From Bdellovibrionota bacterium (GTDB taxonomy: Bacteria > Bdellovibrionota_C > UBA2361 > CALJRW01), in contig JBGSMD010000069.1 in assembly GCA_041740355.1 (NCBI GenBank), positions 1 through 27,238 on the forward strand: 27,238 bases of DNA, read 5' to 3'. A model generated the notes under the pieces. The model did not search any database. It was given only the letters and a program-made list of their open reading frames with translations, and was not told the origin of the DNA. The stretch's first letter is position 1, and every line of letters begins with the position of its first letter. Made by a program: the position numbers and the translations under genes. Positions 15,144 through 24,667 of this stretch are shown one piece after another.

Positions 15144-17417
15144 TTAATTTAGAGCTCCTCCAAAAGAAAATAGCGTAACTAAACTGCTTTCATCATCTTC
15201 AGCATCAAGTGGATGTCCAAAAGCAATGTTTAAAGGTCCAAGTGGTGAAATCCATCTAAATCCAACACCGACAGATTGACGTAGTTCTCCTACTTCAATA
15301 CTTTCTTCGTCATCAAAGGCTTCCCCCATATCGAAGAATACTAATCCTCTAAGATTTGCAGAACTAACTAGTGGGAAAATGACTTCTAGGTTATTAACTA
15401 ACTGCTTACTACCACCGTATTCATTGCCATTTTCATCTTCTGGTCCAAGAGTTCTTTCTCTAAAACCACGGACTGAGTTTATTCCACCAGGAAAATATCT
15501 TTTGAATAATGGGAACGGATCGTCTGTATTAGAATCTCCGTAACCAACATTAATTCTCCATGAGAAAACAATCTTATCAAACTCTGTATCCATCAAAGGA
15601 GTAAAGAATTCATTTCCAACTTCAAGCACATAATAATCTTCGCTACCACCAAGACCCGCAGTTTCAAAAGAAAGTGTTTGACGAGCTCCTTCTGTCGGGT
15701 TCATTGGATTATCAATGGTATTGCGTACTAGTTTTGGTGTGATACTTGAAGCAGTACTTTTTCCCACAGAATCTATAACCAATGGTGCCGCGTCATTTAC
15801 ATCTACATTATCAATTTCAATATTCACATATTCATATTTTGTGGAGAAATTAATATCCTCCGACCAGGAGGCAAACACTTCTTCTAAGGGATATCCAACT
15901 GTCACAGCACCTCCTGAGGTATTACGATCAAAATCGCTAAAATCTAATTCTCGCTTAAAGGCTTGAACACCACCTCTCCAATAAGTGTCAGCTATTCTAG
16001 GATCGTCCAAAGAAACATACAGGTTTTCACTTTTTTGACCGATATCAGCATTGGCTACGAAGCGTCGCCCCGTTCCCATAAAATTATTTTCAGTTAAACG
16101 TGTATTAAATAGTGCTCCATCAGAGCTGGAAAAACCACCTCCAATACTAAAAGATCCTGTGGAGCCTTCTTTCACGTTAACATTCAAATCGACTTCGTCA
16201 TCTTTGCCAGGAATATTTTCTGGCGTAATCGTTGCTTCTTCAAAATAACCAGTTCGCTTTAATAAAGCTTCACTGCGGTTTACTTTAGTTTTATTATATA
16301 ATTGTTGTTCTTGAACCTTGACCTCACGTCTAATTACATTATCGTAAGTTTTATTATTACCAGTAATTCTAATTTCATTAACTTTAACTGGACGTCCTTT
16401 GCTAGTATTAAATACAAGGTCAACAGATTTATCTTCAATATTAACGTTACTTTCCGGAGTAACGTTAGCAAAGGCGTAACCAAAATCACCAAACTTGTCA
16501 CTAAGGGCTAAAGACTCATTTCTAATTTTAGTGGTGTTAAAGATTTCTCCGGTCTCCAGTTTTAATGCTTCTCGTGTTTTTTCAACCGAGTTTTCAAGCA
16601 AATCACCTTTGACAGTATAATTACCAAGTTTAAATTGATCCCCTTCGTTCACTCGAAAAACAACTTTTAGTTTATTGCCCTCACGGGTGACTTCAGCATC
16701 ATTAACCTGGGCATTAATATAACCCTGATCAAGCATTCCTTGCAGTACTACGGTCCGATCTGTTTCCAGATATGCTTTATTTAAGCGACCAGATCCAGTT
16801 AACCAAGAACTAAGCCATTTATATTTAGTGCTTTGTAGCTTATCTAGGATGGGATCAAGTTTAACGTCATCTGTTTTTGTGACTATCTCAATTGATTTAA
16901 CTTTAAATTTCTGACCTTCATCAATTTTAAAGGTTAAGTCATATTTTCCACCTTCAACTTGTTCTGATTCAACAGCCACTTTGGCATCCAAGTAACCTAA
17001 AGTTTGATAATAAAGCTCAGTAGCTTGACTTAATCGTTTAGTTAGCAAGGGATCATAGTTCTTTTGATCCTTCAGATTAATAACCTTGGAAATATCTGAG
17101 CTGTCAGCAGCTTTATTACCGGTAATAAAGACTTTATTAATCCTTGGATACTCTGTGACTTTAAAAGTTAAGACGGCAGAAGTATAATCTACGACTACCT
17201 TATCAATCCCACCAACAGCGTACAGCTTTTTAAGTGAAGCATTAACTTCCTCACTGGTAATTTTTCCAGGCTTAAGGGCAACGGCCTCTTCAGCTTGTTT
17301 CTTGGAAACATTTTGTAGTCCTTCGATCTTAACTTGGGACACAGAATATGTTTCTGCCCAAATCTGTAAAGGACAAAACAACAAGCATATAAAGAAATAA
17401 ATTTTATTAATTTTCAT
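15144..17417 (-). CDS. bamA: Outer membrane protein assembly factor BamA
   Basis: Signal peptide, POTRA repeats (GN.KT.D.VIRRE, GYF), GGINSVRGF loop 6 motif, W.SPLGPL. Confidence 0.98.
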   Translation of the reverse strand: MKINKIYFFICLLFCPLQIWAETYSVSQVKIEGLQNVSKKQAEEAVALKPGKITSEEVNASLKKLYAVGGIDKVVVDYTSAVLTFKVTEYPRINKVFITGNKAADSSDISKVINLKDQKNYDPLLTKRLSQATELYYQTLGYLDAKVAVESEQVEGGKYDLTFKIDEGQKFKVKSIEIVTKTDDVKLDPILDKLQSTKYKWLSSWLTGSGRLNKAYLETDRTVVLQGMLDQGYINAQVNDAEVTREGNKLKVVFRVNEGDQFKLGNYTVKGDLLENSVEKTREALKLETGEIFNTTKIRNESLALSDKFGDFGYAFANVTPESNVNIEDKSVDLVFNTSKGRPVKVNEIRITGNNKTYDNVIRREVKVQEQQLYNKTKVNRSEALLKRTGYFEEATITPENIPGKDDEVDLNVNVKEGSTGSFSIGGGFSSSDGALFNTRLTENNFMGTGRRFVANADIGQKSENLYVSLDDPRIADTYWRGGVQAFKRELDFSDFDRNTSGGAVTVGYPLEEVFASWSEDINFSTKYEYVNIEIDNVDVNDAAPLVIDSVGKSTASSITPKLVRNTIDNPMNPTEGARQTLSFETAGLGGSEDYYVLEVGNEFFTPLMDTEFDKIVFSWRINVGYGDSNTDDPFPLFKRYFPGGINSVRGFRERTLGPEDENGNEYGGSKQLVNNLEVIFPLVSSANLRGLVFFDMGEAFDDEESIEVGELRQSVGVGFRWISPLGPLNIAFGHPLDAEDDESSLVTLFSFGGALN

Positions 17418-18084
17418 AAGTTAACCGACCCCCTGCTTCCATCTGATAGACAGTTTTAAATTTCTTAGCAAATTCCAAACTATGTGTGACTGTAATTAAA
17501 CAGATATTTTGCTCTTTGCTAATTTTCAAAATTAAATCACCAATTTGTTCACTAGTTTCAAAATCAAGACTTCCTGTTGGTTCATCTGCTAGTAACATTC
17601 TTGGCTTGTGTACCAATGCTCTAGCAATCGCCACACGTTGTTGTTCACCACCCGATAATTCACCTGGTCGGTGTCCAACACGTTCTTTTAATCCCACAAG
17701 ATCTAGATACTCTAGCGCTTGCTTATCCGCATCAGTCTCACTAAAGCCTTTGATTAGTAAAGGTAAGGAAACATTTTCAAGCGCAGTAAACTCGCCTAAT
17801 AGATGATGAAATTGAAAGACTAATCCAACTTGAGCCAAGCGATAATCCGCTAATTGATTCTCATTTAAAACCGACAAATTAAGATCATCAACAAAGATAT
17901 TTCCTGAACTTGGACGTTCAATTCCAGCTAACAAATGAAGTAATGTGGATTTCCCAATCCCTGACTTTCCAACAATAGCAATTGTTTCCGGTTGATCAAA
18001 ATCAAGATTCAATTGATTAATAACTATTAGCTCTTTAGGGCCATCGCGAAAAACTTTTGTTAAATCTTCAAATCTAATTTTCAT
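17407..18084 (-). CDS. lolD: Lipoprotein-releasing ABC ATPase LolD
   Basis: GKSGIGKST, FQFHHLL.EFTALENV, LSGGEQQRVAIARAL, ADEPTGSLD. Confidence 0.95.
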   Translation of the reverse strand: MKIRFEDLTKVFRDGPKELIVINQLNLDFDQPETIAIVGKSGIGKSTLLHLLAGIERPSSGNIFVDDLNLSVLNENQLADYRLAQVGLVFQFHHLLGEFTALENVSLPLLIKGFSETDADKQALEYLDLVGLKERVGHRPGELSGGEQQRVAIARALVHKPRMLLADEPTGSLDFETSEQIGDLILKISKEQNICLITVTHSLEFAKKFKTVYQMEAGGRLTYEN

Positions 18085-19343
18085 TATTCGTAACGTAATA
18101 TTTCACATGGACTAAGCAAGCTGGCACGTCTTGCTGGATAAAGTGTTGCGAGGAGGCAAATTACCCAGGCAATAAACGAAACAATTAAAAAATTCTGATA
18201 ATCAATTACAATAGGAAGAGTATTTGTTGGAAAGACATTCTCTGGCAATTTAAAACCAAATTCTTGTAATAGAAAACTTCCAACTAAGCCTAAAATTAAA
18301 CCTAAGATTGTACCTAAAAACCCAATCATCCCACCGATATAAATAAATATATTTCGGATCGTACTGGCCTTGGCACCAAGTGTTCTCATTACGGCAATGT
18401 CTTTGCGCTTTTCCAAAACTATCATGATTAAGGTTGTTACAATCGAGAAACTAGCTAAAACAATTAGTAACATCAAAATAATAAAGTAGGCTCGTTTTTC
18501 CAGGCTAATCGCCTCCCAAAGTCCGGAATTAATCTCAGTCCAGTCCTGAACGTAATAATTAAAATTTCCTTGTTCACGGAGTCGATCAATTAAGATATTT
18601 TTTATTTGTGGGGATTTATTCGGATCCTTTAAGCTAATCTCTAATCCACTAACAGACTTGCCCATTCGCAGGAATCTTTGTGCTGTAGCAATATTTGTAT
18701 AAGCAAAATTTTCTTCGTAGCCTGATTGACCAGTACTGTAAAAATCTAAGATATTAAAACTACTTTGCCTTGGTGCTAATCCAAATGGACCAGAGATCAC
18801 TTTTGGAGAAAGAACAGAGATCACTTGATTTTGATAAAGTGGCATTCGTTTTTTTAGCCCCTCACCAAGTAATAAGGCCGGAAGATTGGCATTCGTTCCT
18901 TCTTCTCTATTGCTGTTAGTAGTAGGAATATTCCAAAGCTTAGTGACATTAGAACTATCACTTAATTTAAAATCCTTTAAGACTTCTGAATTATCCGCCA
19001 GACCTTTTAGCATCATTCCAAAAGAGTTCTGCCCTGCGGTAACCATCACCTGTCCTTGGACATAAGGAACGATATTATTGATTTCGGTAATTGAGCTAAA
19101 ACTAGCTTCGATTTTATCCCAGTCATTAATCGGACCAGAAACATTTCCCACAAAGATGTGAGAACTACCAACCAGTTTCTTGTGTAGTTCCTGCTCAAAG
19201 CCAGTCATAATTGCCATCGTGATATTTAACACGGCCACACCTAGAGCTACGCCAAGAATTGCAAAAATGCTGACAGCATTAATGAAATTTTCACCTTTTC
19301 GCGACCAAAGGTAGCGATGAGCAATTTTCTTCACAAATTTCAT
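18084..19343 (-). CDS. lolE: Lipoprotein-releasing ABC permease LolC/E (single copy)
   Basis: IA.RYL, GVALGVA.L....IM.GF, EKRKDIA..RTLGA, LYPARRA...P...LRYE. Confidence 0.93.
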   Translation of the reverse strand: MKFVKKIAHRYLWSRKGENFINAVSIFAILGVALGVAVLNITMAIMTGFEQELHKKLVGSSHIFVGNVSGPINDWDKIEASFSSITEINNIVPYVQGQVMVTAGQNSFGMMLKGLADNSEVLKDFKLSDSSNVTKLWNIPTTNSNREEGTNANLPALLLGEGLKKRMPLYQNQVISVLSPKVISGPFGLAPRQSSFNILDFYSTGQSGYEENFAYTNIATAQRFLRMGKSVSGLEISLKDPNKSPQIKNILIDRLREQGNFNYYVQDWTEINSGLWEAISLEKRAYFIILMLLIVLASFSIVTTLIMIVLEKRKDIAVMRTLGAKASTIRNIFIYIGGMIGFLGTILGLILGLVGSFLLQEFGFKLPENVFPTNTLPIVIDYQNFLIVSFIAWVICLLATLYPARRASLLSPCEILRYE

Positions 19344-20854
19344 TAAATTTCTTCGTTAATTGCTTCCATGCTCTCTTCTTCACCATGCGCTAGAGGTTTT
19401 AACTGTGGAAATAAGATTACTTCACGAATAGTAGAAGAATTAGTTAATAACATTGTTAAGCGATCAATCCCAATTCCTTGTCCAGCTGTTGGAGGAAGGC
19501 CATATTCCAGAGCTTTAATGTAATCATCATCCATGTCGGCCACTTCATGATTACCCGCATCCTTATCAGCAGCTTGCTTTAAAAGTCGCGCCAACTGATC
19601 TTCTGGGTCATTTAATTCGGAGAAGGCATTGGCAATTTCCATTCCTACAACATACAACTCAAAACGATCGGTAACACGGGCATCTTGTTCATTTTGGCGA
19701 GCAAATGGTGAAATTACAAATGGTTGTTGAGTAATAAAAGTTGGATTAATAATTTTATGTTCAACTAATTCATCAAAGAGATTTTCGATTGAGAGACCCC
19801 AATCATTTGGATTTGTTAAATGAATATTGTATTGCTCAGCAACTTTTTTAATGTCTTCTATGGAATCAAGATTAAATTCCTTAGAAACTCCACCTAGTTG
19901 TTGAATGGAGTCCTTCATCGTCACTCGTAAGTAAGGACCTGAGAAATCTACAGTTTTATCACCAATAGTAATTGTACTATCTCCACAAACTTTCTTTGTA
20001 AGTCCCACAAATAATTCTTCAGTTAAATCCATTAAATCATTGTATGTTGCATAGGCTTGGTAAAACTCCAACATGGTAAACTCTGGGTTATGCTTTCGAG
20101 AAAGTCCTTCGTTACGAAAGTTTTTTCCAATTTCATAAACTCGCTCTAAACCACCAACCACTAATTTCTTAAGTGGTAATTCTAGGGCAATGCGTAAATG
20201 AACCTCAGTATCAAGCGCGTTGTAAAAACTTTTAAAGGGTCTTGCTATGGCTCCGCTGGCAACATCACTTAAAATCGGAGTTTCAACTTCCAAGTAATCT
20301 CGTTCATCTAAAAAGTTACGAATGTAGCGAACAATTGCCGAACGTTTTTTAAAAACTTCTCGTACTTCAGGATTAGAAATCAAATCAACATAACGATAGC
20401 GGTAACGAGTATCAACATCACTAAGTCCATGCCATTTTTCTGGAAGTGGGATTAAAGATTTAGTTAATAGTCTCCATGACTCGGCATAAAGAGTTTTCTC
20501 ACCAGTTTTTGTAACAAATGGATAACCAGAAACTTCAATAATATCACCAAGGTCAACGTCTTTAAATTCTTCATATGACTCGAGCCCGACATCATCACTT
20601 CGAACATAAACCTGTAATTTTCCCTCAATATCAATTAAATGCAAGAAACAAGCTTTGCCCATCATACGACGTTGAGTAATTCTTCCGGCGATAGTAAAGC
20701 GCGGAGCCGTTTCCGGAGTTCCCACATCTTCCAAAGCTAAAATATCCGTGGATTTAGCTGTAATCTTAACATCATTTGGATAGGCATTTCGGATCTGCCT
20801 AATCGCAGTTAATTTATCATAACGTTGTTGTTCTTGTTCGTTTCTTTGACGCAT
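19343..20854 (-). CDS. lysS: Lysyl-tRNA synthetase (class II)
   Basis: RYRYRYVDL, EVETP, FRNEG...HNPEFTMLEFYQAY, YGLPPTAGQGIGIDRL. Start set at MRQRNEQ (ATG 20854) rather than 20956. Confidence 0.98.
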   Translation of the reverse strand: MRQRNEQEQQRYDKLTAIRQIRNAYPNDVKITAKSTDILALEDVGTPETAPRFTIAGRITQRRMMGKACFLHLIDIEGKLQVYVRSDDVGLESYEEFKDVDLGDIIEVSGYPFVTKTGEKTLYAESWRLLTKSLIPLPEKWHGLSDVDTRYRYRYVDLISNPEVREVFKKRSAIVRYIRNFLDERDYLEVETPILSDVASGAIARPFKSFYNALDTEVHLRIALELPLKKLVVGGLERVYEIGKNFRNEGLSRKHNPEFTMLEFYQAYATYNDLMDLTEELFVGLTKKVCGDSTITIGDKTVDFSGPYLRVTMKDSIQQLGGVSKEFNLDSIEDIKKVAEQYNIHLTNPNDWGLSIENLFDELVEHKIINPTFITQQPFVISPFARQNEQDARVTDRFELYVVGMEIANAFSELNDPEDQLARLLKQAADKDAGNHEVADMDDDYIKALEYGLPPTAGQGIGIDRLTMLLTNSSTIREVILFPQLKPLAHGEEESMEAINEEI

Positions 20855-20886
20855 ATTAAGTAAATTCAAAAGACTTTGTGGACGAT

Positions 20887-20932
20887 ACCCTAGGACGCGG
20901 CTTATAAGGATTTCCATAAAGCAACCTAGGGT
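20887..20932 (-). promoter_or_regulatory. Stem-loop in the presumed lysS 5' leader
   Basis: ACCCTAGG/CCTAGGGT 8-bp closing stem with inner GCTTTAT/ATAAGC and GGA/TCC pairing, 32 nt upstream of the ATG. Confidence 0.45.
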
Positions 20933-21091
20933 GACTAATTTAAGCCTAATTATCAATAAAATTCAACAGCTACTTTCCTTCTCACGATTCGCCACTCTTA
21001 ATCTATCTCGAAGATATGGATGGTTTCGTAATTGATGAATTACATTTAATGATTTACAGTTAAGCTAAGAATTTAGTGATTTTTATAATTA

Positions 21092-22762
21092 ATGAAAAAC
21101 CTGCTTATTACCTGTGGTTTGCCCTACTCCAACGGCAATCTTCACATTGGCCACATTGCTGGATGCTACCTACCAGCTGATATTTATGTTCGCTTTCAAA
21201 GACTTAATGGGCGTAATGTTCGTTTCATTTGTGGATCTGATGATCATGGAGTTCCAATAAAGTTAACTGCAGATAAGGAAGGAATTAAACCAGAAGAAGT
21301 TGCCAGTAAATTTAACAAAGCTCAAAAAGCTGATTTCTCTGGGATGGGAATCAATTTTGATATTTATGGCTCTACCGCAGAAAATCCAGTACATACCAAA
21401 ACTTCACAAGACTTCTTCCTAAAATTATACCAAGAAAATTATTTTAAAAAAAAATCTTCTAAACAATTTTTTGACCCAGAAGCAAAGATGTTTCTACCCG
21501 ATCGCTACGTTAAGGGTACTTGTGAGTATTGTAATGCCAAGAATCAAAATAGCGATCAATGTGAAGAATGTGGAAAAGTACTAGATGTTGATAGTTTAAA
21601 AGAACCTTATTCAGTCCTTAATAATTCCGCCGCGCAAGTTAAAGATACTTTTCATTGGTACCTAGACCTTAGTAAATTTCAAACTGAAGTAGCTAATTGG
21701 TTAGAAAAAGCAACAACCAGAGAACAAACTAAAAACTTTGTTAATGGTTTAATTTCTACTGGACTTGTCGAACGTTCCATGACGAGAGACTTGGATTGGG
21801 GAATACCATTACCGATTGAAGATCCCGATGCTAAGGGTAAAGTTCTCTATGTTTGGTTTGATGCTCCAATCGGTTACATCAGTAATACAATTAATGCCTG
21901 CAAAGCGATTGATGGTGATGGTGAAAAATACACCGATTGGTGGAAATCACCTGATACTGAAATATTCCATTTTATTGGTGAAGATAACACAATTTTTCAT
22001 TGCATAATTTGGATTGCCATGCTTTCGGCAGAAGGAACTTTTCAATTGCCAACTGGTGTAATTGTTAATCAGTTTCTTAATTTTAAGAAACCTGGTGAAG
22101 AAGCGGAGAAGATATCCAAGTCACGAGGAACTGCTGTTTGGATTAAAGATTTTTTAGCTGAGGGTAACAACCCTGACAGCTTAAGATTTTATTTAACTTC
22201 GATTGCTCCGGAAAAAGCTCGGACTGTCTTTGCTGAAGAAGATTTAATTCAAAAGCATAATTCGGAATTAGCCAATACACTGGGAAATTTGGTAAACAGA
22301 ATTTTTAGTATTTATATTAAGAACTATGGCACGGAAATTAAATACGAGCAGGAGTTAGATCTTGAGAAGCTCCTTAAACGTATGAATCCTAACATTACCA
22401 CAGAACTTGCTGCTGAGATAAATAATTTTAATTTTAAGGCTGCTCAAGAAAAACTTTTTGACTTTATCCGTGCGGGAAATGCCTGCATTACCGAAGATGC
22501 TCCTTGGACAGTCTTAAAAACAGATCGTGAAAAAGCTAAAACAATTTTGTTGGAGTATTTAAACATTATTCAAATGATTGCTGTCATGCTTCAGCCGTTC
22601 CTGCCATTTACATCCGCTAAAATCTTACAGATGTATGGGTATAACAAAGAAGAAATTTCTAAGGGAATTTCGTGGGATCTTGCTAATGCATTAATTTCAA
22701 ATGGCAGAATCTTAAATCAACCTGAGATTTTGTTTACTAAGATCGAAAAGGAATCTGAATAA
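21092..22762 (+). CDS. metG: Methionyl-tRNA synthetase (short form without C-terminal tRNA-binding domain)
   Basis: LPY.NG.LHIGH, GSDDHG, CEYC/CEEC zinc knuckle, YVWFDA, KISKS. Confidence 0.98.
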   Translation: MKNLLITCGLPYSNGNLHIGHIAGCYLPADIYVRFQRLNGRNVRFICGSDDHGVPIKLTADKEGIKPEEVASKFNKAQKADFSGMGINFDIYGSTAENPVHTKTSQDFFLKLYQENYFKKKSSKQFFDPEAKMFLPDRYVKGTCEYCNAKNQNSDQCEECGKVLDVDSLKEPYSVLNNSAAQVKDTFHWYLDLSKFQTEVANWLEKATTREQTKNFVNGLISTGLVERSMTRDLDWGIPLPIEDPDAKGKVLYVWFDAPIGYISNTINACKAIDGDGEKYTDWWKSPDTEIFHFIGEDNTIFHCIIWIAMLSAEGTFQLPTGVIVNQFLNFKKPGEEAEKISKSRGTAVWIKDFLAEGNNPDSLRFYLTSIAPEKARTVFAEEDLIQKHNSELANTLGNLVNRIFSIYIKNYGTEIKYEQELDLEKLLKRMNPNITTELAAEINNFNFKAAQEKLFDFIRAGNACITEDAPWTVLKTDREKAKTILLEYLNIIQMIAVMLQPFLPFTSAKILQMYGYNKEEISKGISWDLANALISNGRILNQPEILFTKIEKESE

Positions 22763-22780
22763 GCAGTATCTTTTGCTCAT

Positions 22781-24499
22781 TTACAATAAATCCCACTTGT
22801 AACCACCATTCTCAAGTATAGAATCGGCTAATAATTGAATTTCAAGATCTTCATTCTTCTCAAGTCTTCTAAGCGACTGATTCATTCGGCGTTTTGCTGC
22901 CTGAGTAAATAAATCGACAATCATAATTTCTTGATGACAATCCTCAGCCCCTTTAACTTTAATCATCGAATTAACTCGTGAAAGTGTTGTTAAACCAGCA
23001 AGTAAATCAATCGTAACATTAGCGACACGCTTACTCATCATTTGTTTACCGATTATATCCTTACGATACTCCTTAACCAAGGCTTCCGAACTTCTAGCTA
23101 AGGCAAGTGCATAGTCGGTATAGATTTCTGCAAATTCCACAAGTTCAGGAACAACATTTAGTTCATTAACACCTACTCCTGTAACCTGCGCTACCTTATC
23201 GGCGGCATAGTCTTTGAGAATTCCAAATCCCTTGATTGGATCATCAAAAACATTGGAAACATTTTTCAATTTTTGCCCGACCGTATCAAATCCAGTAAGG
23301 GCAATGTAAAGTCTTAAGATTTCATTTGTCCCTTCAAAAATTCTGTTTATTCGCGAATCGCGAACGATTCGCTCATATGGATACTCTTTCATAAAACCAT
23401 TGCCTCCGGCAATCTGCAAGGCTTCATCAATTACTCGCCACATAGCTTCTGTTGCAAAAATTTTACTAGCAGCAGCTTCCATTGAGTAATCATTAACACC
23501 TGAGTCACTTAGATGAGCAACAAAATTGACTAAGCTCTCTGTTACAAAACAATCCACAGTCATCAAAGCAATTTTTTCTTTGATTAACATAAAATCTGAA
23601 ATCTTCTTACCAAATTGCTTTCTATTACTAGATTGTTCTGTAGCTAACTTGATACAATTTTTCATAGCACCGATACATCCTCCGCCTAAGCCCGTCCGTC
23701 CGCTATTTAGAATGTGCATGGCAATCTTAAAACCCTTACCTTCTTCACCCAGTAAGTTTGCGGCGGGAATTTTAACGTTACTAAATGTGATTGTGGAAGT
23801 TGCGGATCCGCGAATTCCCATCTTGTCTTCTTTTGGCCCAGAAGAAACTCCTTGATAAGCTTTTTCCACAAGAAAAGCCGACATCTTTCCAGCCTCACCA
23901 CTTTCAGTTTTTGCAAACACAGTGAAGAAATCGGCAAAAGGTCCATTTGTAATCCAGATTTTTTCACCATTTAAAATCCAAGATCCATCTTCTTGTTTTG
24001 TGGCAGTGGTCTTAACTGATGCTGCGTCAGACCCAGCACCCGATTCAGTTAAGCAGAAAGCTGCCACCATCTCCCCTGTTGCCAGCTTTGAAAAATATTT
24101 ATCTTTTTGTTCAGGATTTCCAAATAGTAAAAGTCCTCTCATTCCGATTGAACAATGTGCCCCAACAGTTAACGCTGTGGAAGCATCATATCGACCAAGC
24201 TGTTGAATTGTACGTGAGTAAGCTTTGCTACCTAAACCAACTCCGGAATATTCTTCTGGGATAATTAACCCAAATAGTCCTAACTCTTTTAGATTATTAA
24301 TAAACTCTGGCGACTGATGTGCTTTCTCATCAAACTCTTTAAACATGGCTTCCTTGCCACTTAAAAATTTATCAATAGATTCAATTAACATCCCCAATAA
24401 TTCTTGTTCTTCTGGGGTGAAACTTGGATATGGAAAGAGATTTTCCTCCGTAATTTTTCCAAGGAAGAGATTTTTGGCGAAACTTTGATTTTTATCCAT
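22781..24499 (-). CDS. Acyl-CoA dehydrogenase, VLCAD/ACAD9-like with C-terminal extension
   Basis: FCLTE..AGSDA, GEKIWITNG, EDKMGIRGS, RKQFG, GGNGFM.EYP.ER..RD.RI.RIFEGTNEI. About 170 extra C-terminal residues. Confidence 0.95.
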   Translation of the reverse strand: MDKNQSFAKNLFLGKITEENLFPYPSFTPEEQELLGMLIESIDKFLSGKEAMFKEFDEKAHQSPEFINNLKELGLFGLIIPEEYSGVGLGSKAYSRTIQQLGRYDASTALTVGAHCSIGMRGLLLFGNPEQKDKYFSKLATGEMVAAFCLTESGAGSDAASVKTTATKQEDGSWILNGEKIWITNGPFADFFTVFAKTESGEAGKMSAFLVEKAYQGVSSGPKEDKMGIRGSATSTITFSNVKIPAANLLGEEGKGFKIAMHILNSGRTGLGGGCIGAMKNCIKLATEQSSNRKQFGKKISDFMLIKEKIALMTVDCFVTESLVNFVAHLSDSGVNDYSMEAAASKIFATEAMWRVIDEALQIAGGNGFMKEYPYERIVRDSRINRIFEGTNEILRLYIALTGFDTVGQKLKNVSNVFDDPIKGFGILKDYAADKVAQVTGVGVNELNVVPELVEFAEIYTDYALALARSSEALVKEYRKDIIGKQMMSKRVANVTIDLLAGLTTLSRVNSMIKVKGAEDCHQEIMIVDLFTQAAKRRMNQSLRRLEKNEDLEIQLLADSILENGGYKWDLL

Positions 24500-24608
24500 G
24501 AATTATTAACCTAACAAAATTTTATAACCTAATTATAATTGGTTCTAAATGTAAGAATATGATGCTTTTTTACATGATGTTGATGCCAAAATACTGTAAT
24601 TTGTTACT

Positions 24609-24637
24609 TTGACATCTTATCTTATTTTATCAATACT
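24609..24637 (+). promoter_or_regulatory. Putative sigma70 promoter for the GT9-GT2/nucleotidyltransferase operon
   Basis: TTGACA(24609-24614), 17 bp spacer, AATACT(24632-24637), 30 nt upstream of the ATG. Confidence 0.55.
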
Positions 24638-24667
24638 TAGCACATTTAAAAAGCACCTACTTTTATT

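Noticed and set aside
12671-17806. Short + strand ORFs within lpxI, lpxA, bamA and lolD
   Set aside because: Antisense shadows of well-conserved genes.
20855-20956. 34-aa N-terminal extension of LysS
   Set aside because: Non-ATG start, no LysRS-like sequence before MRQRNEQ, and it overlaps the leader hairpin.
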